Assembly (NCBI GenBank): GCA_945863965.1
Contig: CAMBBZ010000003.1
Location: 1-43,734, forward strand
Origin: Chitinophaga pinensis
GTDB lineage: Bacteria > Bacteroidota > Bacteroidia > NS11-12g > UBA955
Length of the DNA: 43,734 nt
Reading direction: 5' to 3'
The first letter of the stretch is position 1. Every line of letters begins with the position of its first letter. The notes beneath the pieces were generated by a model. It had not been told where the DNA came from, searched no databases, and saw only the letters and a list, made by a program, of their open reading frames with translations. Positions 27,485-38,232 of this stretch are shown here, one piece after another. The position numbers and the translations under genes were made by a program.

Positions 27485-28822
27485 ATGTTTAAGAAAATAC
27501 TCATCGCCAATCGCGGTGAAATAGCCTTGCGTATTATTCGCACCTGTAAAGAAATGGGTATACGCACTGTGGCTGTCTATTCCACTGCCGATAAAGAAAG
27601 TTTACATGTCCGTTTTGCTGACGAAGCCGTATGTATCGGTCCGCCTCCAAGTCGCGATAGTTATTTGAATATCCCAAGGATACTCGCCGCTGCTGAAGTT
27701 ACCAATGCCGATGCCATTCATCCAGGTTATGGATTTTTGTCTGAAAATAGCAAATTCAGTGCGTTGTGTAGAGATCATGGGGTAAAGTTTATTGGTGCTA
27801 CTCCTGAACAAATTGATGGGATGGGAGATAAGAGCAATGCCAAAGAAACGATGAAGCGTGCAGGTGTTCCAACCATTCCTGGTTCTGAAGGATTGCTAGA
27901 AAATACAGTAGATGCAAAAAAAATAGCCTCTACCATTGGGTATCCAGTAATCATGAAGGCCACCGCAGGTGGAGGAGGAAAGGGTATGCGAATCGTCTGG
28001 AACGAGGATGAAATAGAAAATGCTTGGGATAGCGCCAGGCAGGAAGCCAGCGCCTCTTTCGGGAACGATGGATTGTACATGGAAAAGTACATTGAAGAAC
28101 CCCGCCATATCGAGATTCAAATTGCCGGTGATCAATACGGGAAGGTTTGTCATTTGAGTGAAAGAGATTGTTCCATTCAGCGCAGACATCAAAAATTGGT
28201 TGAAGAAACGCCATCTCCCTTTATGACAGATGAATTGCGTCATAAAATGGGGGAAGCCGCTAAAGCTGCCGCTCAAATCATTAATTATGAAGGGGTAGGT
28301 ACGGTTGAGTTTTTGGTTGATAAACACCGCAATTTCTATTTCATGGAAATGAACACCCGTATCCAAGTAGAACATCCCGTTACGGAGGAAGTAATTAATT
28401 ACGACTTGGTCAAAGAACAAATTTTAATCGCCGCTGGGGTGCCTATTTCAGGTAAAGATTATTTCCCCACAAAAGCAGCTATTGAAGTGCGAATCAATGC
28501 CGAAGATGTATACAAAGACTTTAGACCAAGTCCTGGGAAAATTAAAGTACTTCACAAACCGGGTGGACATGGTGTTCGGGTAGATACACATATCTATGCA
28601 GGTTACACCATTCCTCCGTATTACGACTCTATGATCGCTAAGTTGATTGTTTCAGCACAAACACGTGAAGAAGCCATTGTTAAAATGGAACGTGCTTTAA
28701 GTGAATTCGTAATTGAAGGAATAGAAACAACCATCCCATTGCACCAGCAATTAATGAAAAATGAAGATTTTCGAAATGGCAATTTTACAACGGCCTTTAT
28801 GAATACTTTCCAAATCAAATAA
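27485..28822 (+). CDS. accC: Biotin carboxylase
   Basis: [58 protein letters not shown]. Confidence 0.97.
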   Translation: MFKKILIANRGEIALRIIRTCKEMGIRTVAVYSTADKESLHVRFADEAVCIGPPPSRDSYLNIPRILAAAEVTNADAIHPGYGFLSENSKFSALCRDHGVKFIGATPEQIDGMGDKSNAKETMKRAGVPTIPGSEGLLENTVDAKKIASTIGYPVIMKATAGGGGKGMRIVWNEDEIENAWDSARQEASASFGNDGLYMEKYIEEPRHIEIQIAGDQYGKVCHLSERDCSIQRRHQKLVEETPSPFMTDELRHKMGEAAKAAAQIINYEGVGTVEFLVDKHRNFYFMEMNTRIQVEHPVTEEVINYDLVKEQILIAAGVPISGKDYFPTKAAIEVRINAEDVYKDFRPSPGKIKVLHKPGGHGVRVDTHIYAGYTIPPYYDSMIAKLIVSAQTREEAIVKMERALSEFVIEGIETTIPLHQQLMKNEDFRNGNFTTAFMNTFQIK

Positions 28823-28835
28823 TTGCTTTTTAACT

Positions 28836-28852
28836 TTGGCACGATAATTGAA
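28836..28852 (+). promoter_or_regulatory. Putative sigma54 (-24/-12) promoter
   Basis: TTGGCACG-ATAA-TTGAA gives GG-N10-GA, against the consensus TGGCACG-N4-TTGC. Confidence 0.65.
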
Positions 28853-28885
28853 CTCTAAATACCAAAACAAACTAAATAAACCAAT

Positions 28886-29338
28886 ATGAAAAAGTTAACC
28901 GTATTATTAGTAGTTGCATTTGCAATCGTAGGTTCTACCATGGCTCAAATGGCAATTCCTGGTGAAGTATTTGCAAGCAATCCTGCCCGTTACAACAACC
29001 GTAAAGTTACTCTCAAAAATCTTGAGATTGTGAAAACAGACGGAACAACTGGTGCAACCATTGGAGGTTCTGCCGGAACATTTACCCAAGGAGCCCCAGG
29101 TGCCGCAGGTACTCCTAGCGCTCCTGTTGCGACACCTTGCCGCCCACCCCGCGGTTTTACAGAAGTATCTGTATTCTTCAAAGGTGAGCCTAATTATAAA
29201 GGATGTTTCTTTATGGCAGATAACATGAAGCAACAGTTAGATCGCGAATGTGGTCATGATACAACCCCAGCAGAATTAACATTCCGTGGCGATAGCCGTG
29301 CGGGTTACCTAATCACCTTCTACCGTTTGGGTATGTAA
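28886..29338 (+). CDS. Hypothetical secreted protein with a Gly/Ala/Pro/Thr-rich internal segment
   Basis: Signal peptide MKKLTVLLVVAFAIVGSTMA-Q, A-rich leader and its own terminator. Confidence 0.8.
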   Translation: MKKLTVLLVVAFAIVGSTMAQMAIPGEVFASNPARYNNRKVTLKNLEIVKTDGTTGATIGGSAGTFTQGAPGAAGTPSAPVATPCRPPRGFTEVSVFFKGEPNYKGCFFMADNMKQQLDRECGHDTTPAELTFRGDSRAGYLITFYRLGM

Positions 29339-29350
29339 TATTCCCGATTC

Positions 29351-29396
29351 AAAACAAAAATAGCGGCAAGACTAGTCTTGCCGCTATTTTTGTTTT
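29351..29396. terminator. Bidirectional terminator forming a perfect 46-bp palindrome
   Basis: AAAACAAAAATAGCGGCAAGACT|AGTCTTGCCGCTATTTTTGTTTT between convergent genes. Confidence 0.9.
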
Positions 29397-29796
29397 ATTT
29401 AAATTGGACGCCTTGAGCTAAAAATTTGGTTTCCAATGAAAAAGAAGCCTGACCGCTGTCTTTCATATTGTCGTTCCACAGGGTATCCTTATAAAAGCGA
29501 CCTACTGCATACAAATCCTTTTTCGCAATTTGAGTAGGAACGGTGAATTTATCATTGAAGTCCACTACTAAGTTGCTATCCTTTAAATCATAGCTGAACC
29601 AACAACCTTCTGCCTGACAAACCTCTTTAACCCTTCCGAAAACGGTGAAATCAGATTTTCCCGTATTGTGGTATTCTTTTAGCGCTTCTTTTACAGAAAT
29701 TGCACTTTGGGTATTCACCTTGTCTCCGAGCTGGTTAGAATTGCTGCATGAAGCGGCGCTTATCATTAAGGTTAAGCCAATTATTGAATTTTTCAT
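29395..29796 (-). CDS. DUF4920 domain lipoprotein
   Basis: Lipobox AASC, G.VKEVCQAEGCW, FTVP, F.A.GV. Confidence 0.8.
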   Translation of the reverse strand: MKNSIIGLTLMISAASCSNSNQLGDKVNTQSAISVKEALKEYHNTGKSDFTVFGRVKEVCQAEGCWFSYDLKDSNLVVDFNDKFTVPTQIAKKDLYAVGRFYKDTLWNDNMKDSGQASFSLETKFLAQGVQFK

Positions 29797-29805
29797 GTCG
29801 CAAAA

Positions 29806-31065
29806 TTAGGGCTTTTTTAATGTTTTAGTTGGATATTGATTGCCTCTAGCTTCATCATGGGCGTATAATAAATAGCCCCGTCTTTTGGACTTGAAAATGC
29901 TTAAATCAGCTTGCCACGAAGCTCTAATTTCTTCTTCTGTTTGCCCGGCTATTATGGCCGTTCGAAGTGCGGGTGTGCCCGCAAGTTTATCAAAAAAGGA
30001 ATTAAAAAAATCGGCCTTTTTACCATAAATAACATAAGAATCAATTAACCATGTCAAATAAATTTGCTGATAGTCACGCAAATAATCTAACCCAAAATCA
30101 GTCAGTTTTAAACCTTTGCAGATTTGGCCTAAGTAAGGCGGATTTAGCGCTTTGCCCGGGATATTTATTGGGGTAAATTCAAAACTGCCTCGGGTAAACC
30201 AAGGGGCCCCTAAAACTTCAAAGGGCCAGTCAGTTCCTCGACCCATACTCATGAGGGTGCCTTCAAATAGCCCCAAGCTGGGATACAGAATTACAGACGC
30301 TTCAGACGGTAAATTGGGTGAGGGGGCAATAGGTAAAACATAAGGCGTATTATGGTCGTAGTGAGCTACAGAAACCACGAATAAAGCTAATTCTGACGCA
30401 TTGGAGATCCAAGACTCTCCTTTAATCATTATAGCGAGTTCTCCTAAGGTCATTCCGTGAACCAATGGTATTGGATGAAGCCCTACCATTGATTGGGTGA
30501 ATTCGGGATCTAAAACGGGCCCGTCTACATAATGTCCATTGGGATTTGGTCTGTCAAGTACCCAAAGTGCAATGTGATTTTCAGCGCAAGCCTCCATTAC
30601 ATAGTGTAAAGTGCTCAAATACGTGTAATATCGCACCCCCACGTCTTGCATATCGAAAATAACCACGTCGATACCTTTTAAATCTTTGATTTTAGGTTTT
30701 TTACTCTTTCCATATAAACTAACAATTGGCAATCCGCTTTTGGCATCGACAGCATCGGCAATAGCGGCTCCGTTAGCGGCATCTCCTCTAAAACCGTGTT
30801 CTGGGGCGAAGATTTTATCAATTCTAAGTCCTAGCGATATAAGCGTATCTAATAAATGCACAGAACCAACATGCGAGGTATGATTGGCCACTAAGGCGAT
30901 TTTTTTGCCTTTAAGTTGAGGTACATATTCGTTAAAGCGAGCGGCACCTGGAATAATATCGGCTCTTACAGATTGGCTTCCCAAGAGAAAAATAAGAAAG
31001 TAAATGATGCAAAACGAATTCGCAGTGGTATTTTTGACTCTAATCTTGAATTGGTCGTATTTCAT
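29806..31065 (-). CDS. namZ: Exo-beta-N-acetylmuramidase NamZ family (DUF1343)
   Basis: ANHTS, FAPEHGFRG, SLYG, FDMQDVGVRYYTY, LDRPNP, HGMTLGELA, PSPNLP. Probable start is ATG 31065. Confidence 0.9.
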   Translation of the reverse strand: MKYDQFKIRVKNTTANSFCIIYFLIFLLGSQSVRADIIPGAARFNEYVPQLKGKKIALVANHTSHVGSVHLLDTLISLGLRIDKIFAPEHGFRGDAANGAAIADAVDAKSGLPIVSLYGKSKKPKIKDLKGIDVVIFDMQDVGVRYYTYLSTLHYVMEACAENHIALWVLDRPNPNGHYVDGPVLDPEFTQSMVGLHPIPLVHGMTLGELAIMIKGESWISNASELALFVVSVAHYDHNTPYVLPIAPSPNLPSEASVILYPSLGLFEGTLMSMGRGTDWPFEVLGAPWFTRGSFEFTPINIPGKALNPPYLGQICKGLKLTDFGLDYLRDYQQIYLTWLIDSYVIYGKKADFFNSFFDKLAGTPALRTAIIAGQTEEEIRASWQADLSIFKSKRRGYLLYAHDEARGNQYPTKTLKKP

Positions 31066-32272
31066 AGCGCAAAAATTTATTACAAAGGAAGGTAAAACTG
31101 CTTCACGACGCATCTTTTATTTGGCCATTTTTTCAGTGGCGTTGAGTGTCTTGATTATGCTATTGTCCATTGCCACGCTCAGTGGGTTTAAGTATGAAAT
31201 TGAACAAAAAATTTCAGATGTTCAGGGACATTTTATCATCGATTCAGGTAAAAATATCGAATCAGGTGAACCTTTCCCAATTTCAGATACCGATGTAAAG
31301 ACCCTAAATGAAATTGCAAATGTACCCGGTGTTACGCGCGTAATTCCGTCTGCTTCTAAGGCCTGTATCATTAAGTCTAATGAGGAATTAGAGGGGCTTT
31401 TAGCCAAAGGGATTGAATCTTCTTCACATGCGTATTTCCAAAAGTCGTATCGGGTAAAACGACTATCTAAGACTCGTAACAGCGAATGGTGTTGGGTATC
31501 GCAAACAACGGCGAAGCGATTGCACATCGATACAGGGGATCTTTTAACCGTTGTTTTCTTTGTGAACGATGAAAATGGAACGAATAGGCCTAGGGCTCGG
31601 CGTCTTCTGGTTTCGGGTGTCTATGCCACAGGAATTGATAAAGTTGATGCCCAAATGGTTATCGTAGATCACCAAATGTTGACCACATTCATGCCCATTG
31701 GCAATACGTATACCCAAGTGGAAATTTGGAAAGATTCCAAGGTCGATATTCAAGTATTAAGAAGGAAAATTTTGCAATTATTACCTTCTGCCTATGTTCG
31801 GTTGAACACCCTACAAGAGTACAATCGCCTTATATTTGATTGGTTGGCCATCCTTAATACAAACGTAGTTATTATTTTGGTTTTGATGGCGCTGGTGGCC
31901 ATTACGGGTATGTGTACAACCTTGCTCATTCTAATTATTGAACGTACTGGTAATATCGGACTTTTGATGGCTTTAGGGGCTCGGTCGAAAGATATCTCAC
32001 GTTTATTCGTGGTACAATCCTTGATTATCACGTTTGGGGGGGTTATCGCGGGAAATATCCTAACGGCAGTGGGCGTGTGGGGACAAAACACGTTCCGATG
32101 GATGACACTGAATCAAGAAGTTTATTTCATTCCCTATGTAACGTTAAAGTTAGGATTTTGGGATTGGGTTTGGGTAGATGCGGTGGCCGTTACGGTTATT
32201 GCTATTAGTCTTTGGTTGCCGGCCCGATATATCAGGAAGATTGATTTAATTAAGGCAATTTCATTTAAATAA
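31046..32272 (+). CDS. LolE/FtsX-like ABC transporter permease (lipoprotein release)
   Basis: Four-TM MacB/LolE topology with a large periplasmic domain and IIERT..IGLLMALGA. Probable TTG start at 31046 (MNWSYFIAQK), after TATTTTTG at 31029-31036. Confidence 0.85.
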   Translation: MNWSYFIAQKFITKEGKTASRRIFYLAIFSVALSVLIMLLSIATLSGFKYEIEQKISDVQGHFIIDSGKNIESGEPFPISDTDVKTLNEIANVPGVTRVIPSASKACIIKSNEELEGLLAKGIESSSHAYFQKSYRVKRLSKTRNSEWCWVSQTTAKRLHIDTGDLLTVVFFVNDENGTNRPRARRLLVSGVYATGIDKVDAQMVIVDHQMLTTFMPIGNTYTQVEIWKDSKVDIQVLRRKILQLLPSAYVRLNTLQEYNRLIFDWLAILNTNVVIILVLMALVAITGMCTTLLILIIERTGNIGLLMALGARSKDISRLFVVQSLIITFGGVIAGNILTAVGVWGQNTFRWMTLNQEVYFIPYVTLKLGFWDWVWVDAVAVTVIAISLWLPARYIRKIDLIKAISFK

Positions 32273-32277
32273 AACAA

Positions 32278-32303
32278 AAAAGCCGATCGTGAGACCGGCT
32301 TTT
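32278..32303. terminator. Terminator between the convergent permease gene and gyrB
   Basis: AAAAGCCGATC-GTGA-GACCGGCTTTT. The stem pairs fully (one G-U) on the minus strand. Confidence 0.8.
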
Positions 32304-32321
32304 GCATTAAAGGCAAAACTT

Positions 32322-34310
<1,989 letters not shown>

Positions 34311-34374
34311 TTAACGTAAAGCCAACGCAATAAGACATTTCGCTTCGGGTACTTTTCCACAAAAAGCAGTCGAT

Positions 34375-35898
34375 TTATAGACCGTCGGGCCCAAAGAAAC
34401 TTTGGGAAATTTTCCCTGTTTCTCTCAGGTAATCAACAAGCGTGTGGATGTATTTCGATTTTTGCTCAATCGTTTTGATGCGAGAGTCCAAATAACGATT
34501 TTCCCTGGTATTTAGTAGGAAAATAGTACCATCACCAGAATCGAATTTTTCTCGTTCTAACTCGAATAGTTTCAAATACCCATTTTCAACATTTTTTAAA
34601 TGTTCATAAACATCGCGATATACAAATCCTTGTTGGCGAAGAGCCCTTATTTTTAGATCTGTTTCGTTTAATTTAAATTGGAATAATTGTGTTTTTTGTT
34701 CTAAGGTGTATTTCGATACTAAATAAGCGCCTCGTTCTTTGCGCAGAAAAAGCGGTGCTGAAATATTGAACCCGAATCGACGATCGCCGTTAAAGTTATA
34801 ATCTCCGTAAATACCTTGAAATAACTGTTGGTATTCAAGGTCGAATTTTGGCAATAAATTGAACCGCTGCAACCGCAAGTCCAATTGCTTTTGGTGCAAA
34901 TCCCAATCTATATTTTTGATGTCGGGTAACAAGCCCAATGCAATTGACTCCACAGTGGTTTGAACAAATAAGGAATCTAAAAAGTCTAATCCTGCCGAAG
35001 TAGGTAAAATGTTCTCAGCAATAACAACACCCTTCCAAGAACCTTCTTCCCCAGAGATTTCCCACAAATGTCTGCTGAGCTGTAAACGTTGTTTATACGT
35101 ATTGGCGTTCCATTCTTTGGCCCGAGTTCGGAATAGTTCAAGTTGAATGTAATTTTCGAGCGTATCCATGCCGTTGCATCCCCCGGCTTCGAAAAGCTGT
35201 CGAAGGGCAAGCTGTCGGTCTAAAGAAAGCATCATTCCCAACCGATAGGCCTTTTCCTGTTCGTGGGCAATGAACCAATCAACATAATCTCCCCAAATAG
35301 TTTGACTCAAATCTTGGAGTTGAATCTTTTGTATTTCAAGCGATTGGGTTCTTAAAATCTTAGCTTTGGCTAAGGCAGTTCGGCGTTCATCTGTAAGCAG
35401 TCCCTTGAGTAAAGGAATACTGACACCGGCATAACTCAGACCTGCTGCAGGGGTAAAAGCCTCCGGGTTTATAAATGCGCCCCGCCCTGATTCAAATCCG
35501 GTTTTAAATTGCAAGGGACTTGCTGTAGGCAATTCCAAACCCATTGATTCACGGCGGTAGTAGGGGAGTGTGCCCGCTTCTTTTTCTGTTTTATCGAACG
35601 TAAATCTTGGGTCAAAGGCACCTCTTTTTTCACGTAACGATGCTTTTCCTAACAACGATTCATACCGGTAGGCACGCACTAGCGGGTGCGAATATTGCAC
35701 AAATTCAATAAGTTCTAAAATGCTTAAATCCAAAGAATCGCTACGTTCAATTTCTAAGGAAGTTTCCTCAACCCCTTTTGGTTTCCTTTCCTTAGGATTT
35801 TGACCTAAAGCGAAAGGTGAGGCCAAGCATAGTATTGAAACCAAACATCCCAAAATGATGCTACTGCAATTTTTCATATGACTCAAAAAATGTTTCAT
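34375..35898 (-). CDS. TolC family outer-membrane efflux protein
   Basis: GAFDP, IPLLKG, APLFLRKERG, E..KF..G.GTIFLLNTRE. Lies downstream of the HlyD gene. Confidence 0.85.
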   Translation of the reverse strand: MKHFLSHMKNCSSIILGCLVSILCLASPFALGQNPKERKPKGVEETSLEIERSDSLDLSILELIEFVQYSHPLVRAYRYESLLGKASLREKRGAFDPRFTFDKTEKEAGTLPYYRRESMGLELPTASPLQFKTGFESGRGAFINPEAFTPAAGLSYAGVSIPLLKGLLTDERRTALAKAKILRTQSLEIQKIQLQDLSQTIWGDYVDWFIAHEQEKAYRLGMMLSLDRQLALRQLFEAGGCNGMDTLENYIQLELFRTRAKEWNANTYKQRLQLSRHLWEISGEEGSWKGVVIAENILPTSAGLDFLDSLFVQTTVESIALGLLPDIKNIDWDLHQKQLDLRLQRFNLLPKFDLEYQQLFQGIYGDYNFNGDRRFGFNISAPLFLRKERGAYLVSKYTLEQKTQLFQFKLNETDLKIRALRQQGFVYRDVYEHLKNVENGYLKLFELEREKFDSGDGTIFLLNTRENRYLDSRIKTIEQKSKYIHTLVDYLRETGKISQSFFGPDGL

Positions 35899-37236
35899 TT
35901 ATTTCTTTGAGAAATCTTTCTTTTTGTCTTCAGTTTTAGGCGCATTACTCGCTCTTGTGCGGTTGTTATGATAAAAATCAGGAGGGAAACCACTTAATTG
36001 ACGCCAAATTTCATACCATACAGGAACGGTTTTTAACAACATATAGGCACGTGCACCCACACCGATTTTTAATTGCTCGGGCCATTGTTTTTTATCTACT
36101 GCCATTTTTACCAGAACCCGATAATTTCCGCTGGGTTGCAGCGCATTATCTACGGCATAAATCTCACCGGGGAAAGTTCCATAGGAAAGGTCGGGCCATC
36201 CCGAAAATACCATAGTTGGCCATCCATCAAAAACAAATTGGGCAGGTGCACCAATTTCGATAAGAGGCATATCAATTGGTTTTACAAATAATTCTACGGC
36301 TAAATTAATTTCTGATGGCACGATAGTACACAGGGCTTGTCCCTCACTAACTGCAATCCCAACACCATTAGAAAGTGTTTGAGATACGAGGCCCTTTTGC
36401 GGGGCCTTTACTACATAAAATCCATTTCGTATTTGGTAGTTCGAATGCAGATTCCGCAATTTTGAGACTTCTGTTTCGGTATCCATTTGGGCTGAAATGG
36501 CACTGTACCGTTCGCTTTCTGCTTTTGCAAGTTTTTCGCCGTATTCGGTATCAATGTTTTTAAGTTCAATCCGCGCATTTTCGATGGCATTGGTGGCCAT
36601 GTTCAATTTGGCTTCTTGAATTAATTTTTTGGCTAAAGCTTCTTGGTATTTGACCCTGCGATTTTCAACATCTAAAGGACTTTTAATTTGTTTTAGGCTA
36701 AGAAGACTGTCTCGAATTAATTGTTGTTGGGCAATTTTTAAATTGATATTGGCTGCTTGCGTTTCAGCAAATTCCGAGCTGTATTGAAGTTTTTCCTGTT
36801 GAAGCTTCACGCGTGCTTTTTGGATCGCAAAATCCCGGTTGGCTTCTAGTTGTGTAATTTGTTGATTGATGGCGTTGACTTTAGCAGAATAGCTGAGAAT
36901 TGAGTTTTCTTTAGCTTTTATTTGCGTCGACGTTTGATCAATTAAATCAGGATCTAAATATTCACTTTTTGTTTCTGTTAATACGGCAATGGTGTCGCCC
37001 TCATTCACTTGGTCGCCATCTTTTACATACCATTTTAATATTTGACCGGAAATAACCGTTTGTATCGATTGGGGTCTTTCGCTAGGCCTAAGCGTTGTTA
37101 CCACACCTGTAGTCTGTACATTTTGGGTCCAAGGGAGAAACATGAAAACAATAGTAAAAATGGTCCCAACAATAATCAGACGCCTCGTATAAAAAGCGAC
37201 CCAAGGGCTGTCTTGAAAATGTATTTTATTGATCAT
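35899..37236 (-). CDS. HlyD family membrane fusion protein
   Basis: FLPWTQNV...G, lipoyl-like halves around a long coiled coil, FDGWP..VFSGWP, VWYEIWRQL.GFPP. Confidence 0.9.
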   Translation of the reverse strand: MINKIHFQDSPWVAFYTRRLIIVGTIFTIVFMFLPWTQNVQTTGVVTTLRPSERPQSIQTVISGQILKWYVKDGDQVNEGDTIAVLTETKSEYLDPDLIDQTSTQIKAKENSILSYSAKVNAINQQITQLEANRDFAIQKARVKLQQEKLQYSSEFAETQAANINLKIAQQQLIRDSLLSLKQIKSPLDVENRRVKYQEALAKKLIQEAKLNMATNAIENARIELKNIDTEYGEKLAKAESERYSAISAQMDTETEVSKLRNLHSNYQIRNGFYVVKAPQKGLVSQTLSNGVGIAVSEGQALCTIVPSEINLAVELFVKPIDMPLIEIGAPAQFVFDGWPTMVFSGWPDLSYGTFPGEIYAVDNALQPSGNYRVLVKMAVDKKQWPEQLKIGVGARAYMLLKTVPVWYEIWRQLSGFPPDFYHNNRTRASNAPKTEDKKKDFSKK

Positions 37237-38191
37237 CGGGTTCGGATTGAATCACGTTAAGTTTTTCTATTGATATTCCACAGTCGTAGAGGTTTTCAAC
37301 GGTAAGAATCAGTTTTTCTACGGCATCTAATAGGGTAATGATTAATATTTCCGCCGCTAAAAATTGTCCTAAACTGATACTCTGTTCTACAAGCAGGTAA
37401 CTTCCAATCACTAGTAAAAACGCGGTAAATACCACCTTCGTAATTACACCAAGCCACGCTTGCCTATAAACCACACCGAAGTGAATAGTACGGCCCTCTG
37501 AGTATTCATTCAAACGGAAATCTAACAAGGGTAACTCATCTTCGTTTTTATTGAGCCACAAGTTTCGCAAAGACAAAGCGGCTTTAAATTTGAAATTTGA
37601 TTCATATCGGGCGGTATCAAATCCGCGCTTCCAAGTCAAACGTAAAACCCAATATATAACGATTACCATAATGAATCCAAAGGCAATGAATAAGGGGTGG
37701 TAAACAGCCAATAGCAATAAACCAAATACAGCTTGAAGTAATTTACTCGTAAAATCCACAAGTAATTTGGAGAGACTCTTTTGAAGGGTTACGATGTCTA
37801 AGAAGTAGGTTGTTCTGGTTTCCCATTGTTCAGTCATTTTAACCCCTTTTTCCTTCAATTCAATAATCCGATCCCTGAATTTAATACTGAAAAACAAAAA
37901 AAGTTTGCGCTGAATAGATTCGGTAATACTTATCTGTGCCATTCGTGTCAAACCCGCTAGTAATACGGCCATAGTTATTAATACCGATAAAAAGAACCAG
38001 CTGGTATTTAATCGACCTGCCATAACGTATCCGATGATGGTTTGGATTCCGAGTGGTAGCGCCAAACTTATAACACCAGAAAAAATAGCATAGATATACA
38101 AGTATTTTATGTTTCGACTCTCAAATTTTATCACATCGAAAATAAGTGATAAGGGAGTACGGTTGCGAATTTGGTTTTGTTTGAAAGGCAT
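37226..38191 (-). CDS. Type I secretion ABC transporter transmembrane domain only (no ATPase domain)
   Basis: YAIFSG.ISLALPLGIQ, LLAVYHP.F, ISLGQFLAAEI. Ends after the sixth TM helix with no Walker A/B or LSGGQ. Confidence 0.8.
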   Translation of the reverse strand: MPFKQNQIRNRTPLSLIFDVIKFESRNIKYLYIYAIFSGVISLALPLGIQTIIGYVMAGRLNTSWFFLSVLITMAVLLAGLTRMAQISITESIQRKLFLFFSIKFRDRIIELKEKGVKMTEQWETRTTYFLDIVTLQKSLSKLLVDFTSKLLQAVFGLLLLAVYHPLFIAFGFIMVIVIYWVLRLTWKRGFDTARYESNFKFKAALSLRNLWLNKNEDELPLLDFRLNEYSEGRTIHFGVVYRQAWLGVITKVVFTAFLLVIGSYLLVEQSISLGQFLAAEILIITLLDAVEKLILTVENLYDCGISIEKLNVIQSEPDDQ

Positions 38192-38232
38192 ACTCTCATA
38201 ATTATGATTTCTGCAAAAATAGCGAATTGGGT

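Noticed and set aside
27602-28842. Several antisense ORFs (up to 174 aa) within accC, and similar ones in gatB, gldJ, porV, pccB, gyrB and the MBOAT gene
   Set aside because: Shadow frames of conserved genes with no recognisable motifs.
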